A stretch of DNA of 41,901 nt. It comes from an uncultured bacterium (lineage in GTDB: Bacteria; Chlamydiota; Chlamydiia; Chlamydiales; SM23-39). The position numbers were made by a program, and so were the translations under genes. The DNA lies in assembly GCA_964618335.1 (NCBI GenBank), contig CAZTYI010000002.1, forward strand, positions 1-41,901, read 5' to 3'. Of this stretch, positions 31,690-40,421 are shown piece by piece. Below the pieces are notes generated by a model. That model searched no databases, was not told the DNA's origin, and saw nothing but the letters and a program-made list of their open reading frames with translations. The first letter of the stretch is position 1. The number at the start of each line of letters is the position of its first letter.

Positions 31690-32442
31690 ATGAGTAATTA
31701 CATCATGGGGCGCAACTGTCTTTTAGAAGTCTTACGCTTTAAACCAGAAAGAATTCTTAAAATTTATGTTTTAGAGAGTAAGCAAGAAAAAAAAGAAGCT
31801 CCCTGTGAAATTATGGATTTGATTCAGAAACAGAAATTTCCAGTCGAATATACCGATAAAAAAAAGCTCTCTGAAATGGTTTTTTCTGATTCTCATCAAG
31901 GTTTTGTGGCTGAATTAAAACCACGTGAATATTTAGAATTGAAAAACTTTTTTAAAAAAATAGACGAAAGAGAAGGGGAAAGAAGACACGATAGAGTCTT
32001 AGTTGTCATGTTAGATACAATTATGGATCCGCAGAATTTCGGAGCTATCTTAAGAGCCACAGAATGCTTTGGAGTCTCGGCTTTGGTTTTTTCTAAAAAC
32101 AGGGGTACTTCGCTGACTCCTGCTGTCTGTAAGGTAGGTTCAGGAGCTTCTGAGTTAATGGAAATTATTCAAGTCTCTAATTTAGCTCAGACTGTTAGGC
32201 GTTTTCAAGAAGAGGGCTTTGAAGCTATTGTCGCTGATGCTACAGAAGATGGAAAAGAGCTTTTTAGCTATAAATTTTCAGACAAAACTTTGTTGATTTT
32301 GGGCTCGGAAGGCAAGGGTGTGCAGCCGTTAATTAAAAAACAAGCTGATGTTTCTTTAAAAATCCCTCTGAAAGGCAAGATTGATTCCTTAAATGTTTCT
32401 CAGGCAGCTGCGGTTTTTTTAGCTGTTATGTCTAACAGATAA
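31690..32442 (+). CDS. rlmB: SpoU/TrmH-family RNA 2'-O-methyltransferase (RlmB-like)
   Basis: N-terminal GRNCLLEVLR substrate-binding domain. SpoU motifs are DPQNFGAILRATECFG, LILGSEGKGV and IPLKGKIDSLNVSQAAAVFL. Confidence 0.78.
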   Translation: MSNYIMGRNCLLEVLRFKPERILKIYVLESKQEKKEAPCEIMDLIQKQKFPVEYTDKKKLSEMVFSDSHQGFVAELKPREYLELKNFFKKIDEREGERRHDRVLVVMLDTIMDPQNFGAILRATECFGVSALVFSKNRGTSLTPAVCKVGSGASELMEIIQVSNLAQTVRRFQEEGFEAIVADATEDGKELFSYKFSDKTLLILGSEGKGVQPLIKKQADVSLKIPLKGKIDSLNVSQAAAVFLAVMSNR

Positions 32443-32519
32443 AGTTTTCTAAAGCCGAGGGTATTTAGAGGGTATTGATCTGTAGGAGCAAGTAAGATAT
32501 TTTTATATTTTTTCTTTGC

Positions 32520-32864
32520 TCAAGAATTTTCAGGATTTTCAAAGTTCGGCCAATCCAGACTAGTAGTAGAAAACCCCATGTTATCATAAAAAGAACAGAG
32601 CTGCTGTTCACAAGTTCGAGCTCTTTCGATAATCTCTTCTAATTCATTAGGATCTTCAGAAGTATGAGTCTCTTCTTCCAGCTCTTCTAATTGATTGTAA
32701 AAGACACTATCCATATCTAACAGACCGCCATCAACACAGGTCTGTAAAGTATCGCGCAGAGTCGTAATGTTTTTAAAAAGCAGCTTTTTATTTTTTTTTA
32801 ACTGCTTTTTTAGCTCTTTGGGTTCCATGCTATCCTCATAGCCTTTTACAACCTTCTCTATCAT
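32520..32864 (-). CDS. small acidic hypothetical protein (114 aa)
   Basis: ORF with consistent coding composition, very Glu/Asp-rich (EELEEETHTSEDPNELEEIIE). It is the last gene of the GT2-deacetylase string. Confidence 0.55.
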   Translation of the reverse strand: MIEKVVKGYEDSMEPKELKKQLKKNKKLLFKNITTLRDTLQTCVDGGLLDMDSVFYNQLEELEEETHTSEDPNELEEIIERARTCEQQLCSFYDNMGFSTTSLDWPNFENPENS

Positions 32865-32880
32865 TAATACTTTTTAAGGC

Positions 32881-33657
32881 TCAACGCCCTCTTAAAATAT
32901 TAAGCAGATAACAACCCACATATGGCAGATAGCGTCTTTTTTGCAAAGAGGACTCTAATAAATTAAAATTGGTAATGTTTTGGCGGTAGATCAAACCAGA
33001 GAAATTTTGCCAGCTGAAATTTAAAGCTGAGCCGATGCGTAAAACATATTGATAATGTTGTTTAACATAAGCATGGACGCTGGCATCAAAACGGCCGTAA
33101 GGATAGACGAAAGTCTTGACCGGATAGCCGAGTTTAGATTTTAAAAGTTCTTTAGAACCAACGACTTCTTTTTCTAGATTAATTTCCTTGTCTAAATTAG
33201 TACGATGGTTTTTTTGTTCTTGAGAAACCAAGTTGGCATGCGAATAAGAATGAGAAGCTATTTCCACCAGTCCGCTTTGAACCATCTCTCGGAGCTCTTC
33301 AAAAGTACAAAAAGCTTCTTTAGTGTGTTCTTGAAAGACATTGTTATATTTGTTTGTATGATTATTTTTAAGCAAAAGAGCCAGACGTTCTTTAGGGGAA
33401 AGAGCAGGTTTTTCTAAAACGAAACCAGCTGGCACAGCTAGGAGCGCTTTGATCTGCAATTTTTTCAAAAGAGGGAAAATATAATGATAAAAATCAAAAT
33501 AAGCATCGTCGAAGGTCAAAAAAAGACTAGTTTTGAAAGGCTGGATTTTATCTCCGGGCAGCAAAATTGGAAAATTCTGTTTTAGAAAAAGTAGTTTTTC
33601 TTCTAAGACAACTGGATCAGGAGGATTAATCTGATGAAAGAGAAGAGTTAGCAGCAT
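32881..33657 (-). CDS. polysaccharide deacetylase (NodB-homology / CE4-like)
   Basis: LTFDDAYFDFY (TFDD motif) and ASHSYSH (His-His metal motif). It overlaps the GT2 gene by 32 nt. Confidence 0.72.
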   Translation of the reverse strand: MLLTLLFHQINPPDPVVLEEKLLFLKQNFPILLPGDKIQPFKTSLFLTFDDAYFDFYHYIFPLLKKLQIKALLAVPAGFVLEKPALSPKERLALLLKNNHTNKYNNVFQEHTKEAFCTFEELREMVQSGLVEIASHSYSHANLVSQEQKNHRTNLDKEINLEKEVVGSKELLKSKLGYPVKTFVYPYGRFDASVHAYVKQHYQYVLRIGSALNFSWQNFSGLIYRQNITNFNLLESSLQKRRYLPYVGCYLLNILRGR

Positions 33658-34468
33658 GTTTAATTCGTTTGTTGTTTTTATTATTTTTCATAGCAAGTAG
33701 ATGTTTTTTTGCCTTAGAAAGAAGTTCTTGGTTTTTTTCTTGCAGTTTCAGGTATTTGTAAAAAGAGCAGCTGCCGTTGTAAATAGATATAATTAGCCCT
33801 TCTTTGCCATGCAGAAAGCCTTTTTGAAAAAAATAGCTTTTAATAAAGGCGAAAGAGCCATGGAAACAAGCTTTGAAAGTGGAACTTTGTTTCTTACCTT
33901 TGTTCTCTTCAGCATAAAGCGAAGAGTATTTTTGGGTTTTCTTTAAAAAATCATCAATCGACTGCATCGAGTAATGAAAAACAGGAGCTTGAAAAGATTG
34001 TACTTGTCCATTTGGAGGCACCAGCACTCTTTCGTGGACAGAAGCATTGGTAAAGGCAGTCTTTTGGCGGTTATAAAGCCGTACGTGGCTTTCATTATGC
34101 CAACCGCAGCATTTGATCATTTTACCGTTGTAGAAATTAACAAAAGGAAAAGAATAGACTTTTTCTTTTTCTAACTCTAACTGAGCATGTTTAATTTCTT
34201 CGATTAAAGCAGGGGAGAGCTCTTCATCACTGTCGAGGGCTAAGATCCAGTCATTTTTAGCCAACTTGGCAGCTTTATTTCGCAGAGCCCCAAAACCTAT
34301 AAAAGTAGAGGTATGCAATTTAACGTTGGGAAAAGTTTTGGCGATGGAAAAAGTTTCGTCTTGGGAGCCGGTATCTAGAATTAAGACTTCATCAAAAGCA
34401 GTCAGAGACTGAAGAGTCTTGGTTAAAGTTCGGGCACTGTTTAAAGTTAAGATGGCAACGGTAATCAT
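33626..34468 (-). CDS. family-2 glycosyltransferase
   Basis: VAILTLNSARTL, LILDTGSQDET and ALDSDEEL (DxD). I prefer the ATG at 34468 to the track's TTG at 34486. Confidence 0.8.
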   Translation of the reverse strand: MITVAILTLNSARTLTKTLQSLTAFDEVLILDTGSQDETFSIAKTFPNVKLHTSTFIGFGALRNKAAKLAKNDWILALDSDEELSPALIEEIKHAQLELEKEKVYSFPFVNFYNGKMIKCCGWHNESHVRLYNRQKTAFTNASVHERVLVPPNGQVQSFQAPVFHYSMQSIDDFLKKTQKYSSLYAEENKGKKQSSTFKACFHGSFAFIKSYFFQKGFLHGKEGLIISIYNGSCSFYKYLKLQEKNQELLSKAKKHLLAMKNNKNNKRIKHAANSSLSSD

Positions 34469-34694
34469 AAAGAGGCAGTATAACAAAGTGATTTATTTTG
34501 TTTAGAAAATAAAAATGAAACTGAAAATAAAAATAGCTACTGAGAAATATAGCTATTAAGAAATAAAGATCTCTCAAAAGCGAGAAGCTTGCCATTTTAA
34601 TACTTCTTGGTTCAGAATTAAATTTTAATCTTTAAAACAAAAAATAAATATAAACAATTTGTATATGAATACAAAAATATAGAGGTAAAAACAC

Positions 34695-35699
34695 ATGAAA
34701 CAAGCTTACACTTTTGATGATGTAGCTTTAGTTCCTCAATTTAACAACGTTCCTTCACGAACTGAGCCCAAGCTAGAAACCTGGCTCACTAAAAATGTCA
34801 AAATGTCGATTCCAATTTTAGCTTCTAACATGGATAGTGTGATCTCAGGAGAATTAGCTGATGTTTTAATTAAAGAGGGCTCTGTTCCCATTTTTCACAG
34901 ATTCACTTCTTTAGAGCAGCAGAAAAAATGGATTAAGAAATTCAAAGGCAAAATTTTTATTTCTACAGGACTGCAAAAATTCGAAGAAATGGCTAAACTT
35001 TTGGCTCTGGAGCCTTTAGGTGTTTGCATCGATGTTGCTCACGGCCATTCTGACCGGATGATTCATTTAATTGAGAAAATCAAAAAGAAGTTCCCTAACA
35101 TCGAAATTATTGCCGGCAATGCCTGTACAGCGATGGCTTATCATGATTTAGTCAATGCTGGAGCCGATGCTGTCAAAGTAGGCATTGGACCAGGAGCCGT
35201 TTGTACCACCAGAGTAGTCACAGGCTTCGGAGTGCCGCAGTTCAGTGCAATTCAAGATTGTGCTAGAGTAGCTGATAAGCTCAGAGTACCGCTGATTGCT
35301 GACGGGGGTATCCGCTCATCACGTGATGTGGTGTTAGCGTTAGCCGCTGGCGCTTCTTCAGTCATGATCGGCAAGCTGTTTGCCCTGACTCAAGAAAGTG
35401 CAGCTAAAAAGCGTAAAGCTGGAAAATCAAAAGGCCTTGAAGCTAAATACAGAGGGCAAGCTTCGCAGGACTTCCAAAATGATTATTATGGCGGCTTGAA
35501 AGCAAAAACTGTGGCAGAGGGTGTTGATCTGTGGGGAAGTGTCAGTGGGCCTGCTTCAGATTTAATTGATGAACTGTTAGGGGGGCTCAGAAGTGGGCTA
35601 ACTTATGGAGGAGCGCGTAACATTAAAGAGCTGCAAAGAAAAGCTGAGTTTGTGCAAGTGACACATGCTTATATGCCGGAGAGCTTTCCGCGGCTTTAA
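34695..35699 (+). CDS. guaC: GMP reductase-like enzyme of the IMPDH/GMPR family (no CBS subdomain)
   Basis: Motifs are [30 protein letters not shown], the catalytic loop [11 protein letters not shown] and IADGGIR. The layout and the 334-aa size match Bacillus-type GuaC. Confidence 0.7.
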   Translation: MKQAYTFDDVALVPQFNNVPSRTEPKLETWLTKNVKMSIPILASNMDSVISGELADVLIKEGSVPIFHRFTSLEQQKKWIKKFKGKIFISTGLQKFEEMAKLLALEPLGVCIDVAHGHSDRMIHLIEKIKKKFPNIEIIAGNACTAMAYHDLVNAGADAVKVGIGPGAVCTTRVVTGFGVPQFSAIQDCARVADKLRVPLIADGGIRSSRDVVLALAAGASSVMIGKLFALTQESAAKKRKAGKSKGLEAKYRGQASQDFQNDYYGGLKAKTVAEGVDLWGSVSGPASDLIDELLGGLRSGLTYGGARNIKELQRKAEFVQVTHAYMPESFPRL

Positions 35700-35793
35700 T
35701 TTTAAATGAAAAACAAACATAAGCTAAAAAATCAAAGATGAATCTTTTTTAGAAAAAAGAAAAAAATATCAAGAGAAACATTAAAGGCAGGTA

Positions 35794-37104
35794 ATGATGG
35801 TTAAAGAGTGGAATTTACAAACGAAGAAAATTTACGACGCTATTCATGGTTTTATTCGGTTTGACGAAGGAGAAAGAGAACTGATTAATTCATTTCCTTT
35901 TCAAAGACTGCGTTATATCCATCAGATAGGCATTTCTTTCTTGATTTATCCTGGAGCATCGCATACCCGTTTTGAACACTCTTTAGGTGTGATGGAACTG
36001 GCTTCTAGGATTTTTAAAGCTCTCATGCACTCAGTCAGGCCCGATATTTTTAATTTTATTCCTAGAAAGGGCTCAGCGGAATACTTCTATTGGTTTAAAG
36101 TTCTGCGCTGTGCAGCACTATGTCATGATTTAGGGCATCTGCCTTTCTCGCATGTAGCAGAAAAAACTCTGTTATCAAAATTAGGTAATGAAGAATGGGC
36201 TTTAAAAATTATTAGAGATAAGACTTTGGAACCGGTTTGGAATAAAATGCGTAAAAATCCTCTTATAGCAGATCTTCCAAAGCATGATTTTTTAGAAGAT
36301 GTGATCAAGCTGGCCTTTGGTGAAGAGAAGCTAAATCGTTTAGAGCCTAATAAGAAGCGTTCTTTTAGTAATTGGGAAAAAATGCTTTCGCAAATGATCA
36401 TAGGGGATTTCTTTGGAGCTGACAGAATTGATTATTTACTGAGAGATTCAACCTGCACTGGTATTTCTTATGGAGTTTTTGATTATCTACAGCTGATTGA
36501 AATGCTGAGAATCTTACCGAAAGAAGGGGAGGGTTCTGAACTGGTTTTAGGGATAGATGAAAACGGGATTGAATCTTGCGAAGCACTGCTTTTAGCCCGT
36601 CATTTTATGTATAAACGCGTTTATCAGCATCCTTCGGTCAGAGCTTTTAATTTTCATTTAAGACGCTTTATTAAAACTTACTATCAAGAAAAAAATATAC
36701 TTGCCGATTTAGACAGCTATTTAATGACCAATGACAGCGATATCATACATGAGCTTAAGGTAGCTTACAAAGATACAGACCATCTTGGTCATTTAGATGC
36801 CAAGATTATTTTTGAAAGGAAAAACCATTTTAAAGCTATCCCGCTCTCTGATAAAATTAACGAGACAGTTTTATTGGAAATAAAAGAAAAAAATAATTTG
36901 AGCGATCAGGATATGCAATGGGAAATCAGAGAGCGCTCGGAGACGCAAAATTTAGATTTTCCAGTTTTACGAAAGCACTTACCCTTAGCTCCTGCAACCG
37001 CTCTTTCTAGGATTCTGTCAGATGTATCCGGAGTGAAATGTAATTGGGTTTATATTGCGCCGAAATATGAAATTATTTTAGTGCAAGCTTTGCAGTCTAT
37101 ATAG
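35794..37104 (+). CDS. HD-domain dNTP triphosphohydrolase, SAMHD1/EF1143-like
   Basis: Motifs are IYDAIHGFIRFD, FQRLRYIHQIG, YPGASHTRFEHSLGV, CHDLGHLPFSH and DRIDYLLRDS. Confidence 0.8.
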   Translation: MMVKEWNLQTKKIYDAIHGFIRFDEGERELINSFPFQRLRYIHQIGISFLIYPGASHTRFEHSLGVMELASRIFKALMHSVRPDIFNFIPRKGSAEYFYWFKVLRCAALCHDLGHLPFSHVAEKTLLSKLGNEEWALKIIRDKTLEPVWNKMRKNPLIADLPKHDFLEDVIKLAFGEEKLNRLEPNKKRSFSNWEKMLSQMIIGDFFGADRIDYLLRDSTCTGISYGVFDYLQLIEMLRILPKEGEGSELVLGIDENGIESCEALLLARHFMYKRVYQHPSVRAFNFHLRRFIKTYYQEKNILADLDSYLMTNDSDIIHELKVAYKDTDHLGHLDAKIIFERKNHFKAIPLSDKINETVLLEIKEKNNLSDQDMQWEIRERSETQNLDFPVLRKHLPLAPATALSRILSDVSGVKCNWVYIAPKYEIILVQALQSI

Positions 37105-37188
37105 GTTAATACAGAATAGATCAAAGCAGATTACAAATAGACCCAAAAAGAAGATAAGAACCAGATAACTAAATAAGAATTAAGAACC

Positions 37189-38457
37189 ATGTTTGCAAAA
37201 GCAGTCTCTTTTTTTAAAAACAGTCTAAGCGTTTTTTCTGCACAGGAAAAACGTTTTATCTTTGCTGTTATGGCTTCTGGTTTTTTTATCTCGCTAGAAT
37301 ATGGCATTACTAGACCAGTCTGCACTTCGCTCTTCATTGATCATTATGGACCAACGGGTATAGCTAAAGCCTGGTATGCGACCGTGCCGATTAATCTAGC
37401 GATTGTTTTTCTTTACAACCGCTTTTTACCGCGGCTAGGCTGTTTAAAAGTGTTTATAGCTGTAGCTATTTCGGCTATTGCTATAAATACAGCTACGGCT
37501 TTTTTCGGTCCGCTCTCTTTTTTTCAATTCATGTGGAAAGACATTTACATTCTTTTAGTCTTCAAGCAGTTATGGTCTTTGATTCACAGTACTATAGATA
37601 CTAAAAAAGCCAAATATCTATACGGTATTATTTTCGGTATGGGAGGTATTGGCTCTATGGTTGGAGGGTTGGTGCCAGGACTTTTAGCTGTTCATATCGG
37701 TAGTCAAAAACTGATGCTTTTAACCTTGCCGCTTTATACCATCCTGTCAGCTCTGTTTTATAGGGCTTATAATAACAGCCGTTTCGATGGCAATAAGGAG
37801 ACTTTTAAAACAGATCTTAATGCTAAAAGCAGTTTTTTTGATTTTAGAAGTTCAAAGTTCGTACTGTTTATTTTGTTACTGGTCTTTTTTATGCAGATTT
37901 CAACAGCGCTTTTAGAGTTGCAATTCAATTTTTTTCTAGCCGAAAAGTATCCTATTTTAGACTATCGGACGCAGTTCTCCGGTCGCTTTACCAGTTTGAG
38001 TTATTTCGTAACTACTTTTTGCCAATTCTTAGGGGGGTATTTGGTAGTTCGTTTTTTAGCTTTAAAAAAAGCACATTTAGTAGTGCCGGCAATTTTAGCT
38101 GTAAACAGCTTAGCTTTTTTAGCCTTTCCTTCCTTTGCAATGGCTACCTATCTTTTCACCGCTATTAAAACCTTAGATTTCTCTATATTCGGCATTGTCA
38201 GAGAGATGCTTTATATTCCGCTTAAAGTGGATGAAAAATACCGTGCTAAGGCCGTTATTGATGTCTTTGTCTACCGTAGCGCTAAAGCCTTTGCTCCGCT
38301 CTTTATTTTAATTTTTCAGTTTTTCTTTAAAAGCTATTCTTTTTATCAAATGATCTCAGTGCTTTCTATTTGTTTAGCCTTTGGCTGGATGGCTACAGTT
38401 TTTTATATGTTCAAACATTATGAAAAGCTGGTTCCTTCGATTGCTAAAGCAAGTTAA
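37189..38457 (+). CDS. TLC/NTT-family (ATP:ADP antiporter-like) nucleotide carrier homologue, short form
   Basis: 422 aa with about 11-12 TM helices. The blocks FISLEYGITRPVCTSLF, FKQLWSLIHSTIDTKKAKYLYGIIFG and MLYIPLKVDEKYRAKAVIDV parallel the Rickettsia/Chlamydia Tlc/Npt blocks ([39 protein letters not shown]). Confidence 0.65.
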   Translation: MFAKAVSFFKNSLSVFSAQEKRFIFAVMASGFFISLEYGITRPVCTSLFIDHYGPTGIAKAWYATVPINLAIVFLYNRFLPRLGCLKVFIAVAISAIAINTATAFFGPLSFFQFMWKDIYILLVFKQLWSLIHSTIDTKKAKYLYGIIFGMGGIGSMVGGLVPGLLAVHIGSQKLMLLTLPLYTILSALFYRAYNNSRFDGNKETFKTDLNAKSSFFDFRSSKFVLFILLLVFFMQISTALLELQFNFFLAEKYPILDYRTQFSGRFTSLSYFVTTFCQFLGGYLVVRFLALKKAHLVVPAILAVNSLAFLAFPSFAMATYLFTAIKTLDFSIFGIVREMLYIPLKVDEKYRAKAVIDVFVYRSAKAFAPLFILIFQFFFKSYSFYQMISVLSICLAFGWMATVFYMFKHYEKLVPSIAKAS

Positions 38458-38506
38458 TTTTTTTTAAAAAAAAGCTTTGCTTGCTTTTATTTCAATCTTT
38501 TCTAGA

Positions 38507-38704
38507 ATGGGCCAAAAGGGGCGAGGGATGTTTACAAGAATTTTTTGGCTTGTTCTAGGTGCTGTGATAGCGTTTTGGGTCTTTAGAAATGATCCCGAAC
38601 TGACCTTTTTAGTTACTTTTCGCGAATGGCTTTTAGGGTTTTTGCAGGAATTCCAAAAAGACCCATCCGAAGCGGTTAATCAGCTAATTTATAAGCATTT
38701 GTAA
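38507..38704 (+). CDS. small membrane protein (start uncertain: 38477 TTG, 38507 ATG or 38528 ATG)
   Basis: It has one TM helix (IFWLVLGAVIAFWVF). I recognise no family. Confidence 0.4.
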   Translation: MGQKGRGMFTRIFWLVLGAVIAFWVFRNDPELTFLVTFREWLLGFLQEFQKDPSEAVNQLIYKHL

Positions 38705-38893
38705 CTGAATTCAAATGAATACTATATATAGTTCAGCATCATTACAGTTGCAATATCACAATATCATCAGTGTTTTTATAAAACATTCTTATAAAATATT
38801 TTTAAAAAATCTTAATAAAACATATACTATTGGCGTTAATAATCAGAAGCTTTTAGCAAGCATATAAACATACTTTTGAATAAATAAATTGTT

Positions 38894-39583
38894 ATGGGTA
38901 AAACAGAATTAAACTTAACCGATTTAAAACTGCAGGTCTTAGGGCAGTTTTCCTCTTTAAGTGGCTCTTTTAAAGAGCTGCCTAAATTTGTGATCCCTCT
39001 TTTATTAGATTTATCAGAATTTTTTGAAACTCAAAAAAACTTATCTTCCGAAGATGATTTGAAGAAAATCAAAATCAAAGCTGTGGAAATGAAAAATGAT
39101 GATGAAAACGAATCAAATAAAGATCAGTCTTTTAAAGAGGAACAGACCCCTTTGGAAACAGCTTTTGAAAAGCTACTCTCTTCTAATCTAAAAGGGCTGC
39201 TTCAAAAAGCTCTGCTTTTAAAAGCCCAAAAAAGATTGTTAAAAAAAGAAGGCCAATCTAAATCAGACTTAGAAAAAGAAGTAGCTGGTGTATCGACCTC
39301 TACTACACAAGAAAAACCTGCTCAAACCTTTACCCCCAAAAGCTCGGTCAGAAAAATTACGCCTTTTTTGGCTATGCAAAAACAATCAGATCTTTATGAA
39401 AAGATTTTTTCTCCAGTTTCTGATTCAATAGCTGCCACAGAAGAAAGTCTACTAGAGCTTTTTTCGCAGCCTGTTTTTTCATCTATCCTTGCAAAGCGTT
39501 TTTTGAAAAAAAAGTCTTCCAAAGAAGAAAAAGACCAACCTAAAAAAGAAGAAAAAGAAAATCAAGACGAGCTTTCTTTTTAA
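38894..39583 (+). CDS. orphan Lys/Glu-rich hypothetical protein (229 aa)
   Basis: ATG ORF with no SD, predicted helical and charged, with no TM helix. It is preceded by 190 nt of very AT-rich spacer. Confidence 0.5.
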   Translation: MGKTELNLTDLKLQVLGQFSSLSGSFKELPKFVIPLLLDLSEFFETQKNLSSEDDLKKIKIKAVEMKNDDENESNKDQSFKEEQTPLETAFEKLLSSNLKGLLQKALLLKAQKRLLKKEGQSKSDLEKEVAGVSTSTTQEKPAQTFTPKSSVRKITPFLAMQKQSDLYEKIFSPVSDSIAATEESLLELFSQPVFSSILAKRFLKKKSSKEEKDQPKKEEKENQDELSF

Positions 39584-39658
39584 CTTTTCCTTGTTAAAAA
39601 TTTTACTTTACTCTTTAATCTCTGGCAAATTTATCAAGATTTCTTAAACAGGTGAAAA

Positions 39659-40363
39659 ATGTGCGTTCCTACTCTTTTTTCAGCTTGCGGTGATTTAATT
39701 GGTAAACTGACTTGCCAAAACCGTTGTAACTGGCGTTGTTGTACCCACGATCATATCGAAGTGCATATTAATGGAACAATGGATGAAAGAATGCAAACAG
39801 TAGCTGGAGCTGCAATAGATGGAGGCCCTCCTCCAGAGCCAGTTAAAGATGAAGAGACTTCTGGGGGATTGCCTCCTTTTTTGGCAAAACTTTTCAAAAA
39901 AAAAGAACCTGCTCCTGTTAGTTCAGGAGGATCTACTTCTGCAATTGGTCGGGAAAATGAGAGTTTTTTCGCTCCTGTGCCGCTTCAACCTTTTGCTGTT
40001 TCCACGGGAAGAGTAGGAGAAGGTAGCTCGGCCTCTTCTGGAGCAGGAGTTTTCAGAGGAGAAACAACAATAGTTGATGATTCTGCAGTGGCAACCATAA
40101 TTCTTACAGAGCTTACTCATTATCTTTTTAAGATTTTAAAGAAAGTGGAAGACGATGCTGTTTTTACGAATACCTATCAGTTTTCACCTAATATGATAGC
40201 TGAAATCAGAGAACTTTTTGAGAACTGTAATTTTTCGCAAGACTTAAACAACCATCAGACTTTAAATAGTTGTTCTATTAAAACAATGGAACTCTTAACG
40301 CAATTTGAAGCAAAGTATCAAACAATTTTATTAGCTACTAAACAACAACACCCTAACCCATAA
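39659..40363 (+). CDS. orphan protein with a Cys-rich N-terminus and a Pro/Gly/Ser-rich linker (234 aa)
   Basis: aggtga RBS 5 nt upstream. The N-terminus is MCVPTLFSACGDLIGKLTCQNRCNWRCCTHDH (6 Cys and 2 His in 32 aa). The middle third is disordered-looking and visibly more GC-rich than its surroundings. Confidence 0.6.
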   Translation: MCVPTLFSACGDLIGKLTCQNRCNWRCCTHDHIEVHINGTMDERMQTVAGAAIDGGPPPEPVKDEETSGGLPPFLAKLFKKKEPAPVSSGGSTSAIGRENESFFAPVPLQPFAVSTGRVGEGSSASSGAGVFRGETTIVDDSAVATIILTELTHYLFKILKKVEDDAVFTNTYQFSPNMIAEIRELFENCNFSQDLNNHQTLNSCSIKTMELLTQFEAKYQTILLATKQQHPNP

Positions 40364-40421
40364 ATAAAAAAAAATGCTTTGGAAAATAAATTAATTAAAA
40401 ACATAAAACATTGAGTTATAT

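Noticed and set aside
34392-34595. 67-aa minus-strand ORF upstream of and overlapping the GT2 start
   Set aside because: It runs through AT-rich intergenic DNA in a different frame from the GT2 gene, and its composition is low-complexity Phe/Tyr/Leu/Ile.
36123-36586. 92-aa and 62-aa minus-strand ORFs inside the HD dNTPase gene, and the 68-aa ORF at 37131-37337 over the carrier start
   Set aside because: They are antisense to genes with strong family motifs and have no independent signals.
39819-40120. Two 65-aa ORFs (plus, alternate frame; and minus) inside the 234-aa gene
   Set aside because: The GC-richer linker region keeps extra frames open by chance. The 234-aa frame has the RBS and spans the whole interval.
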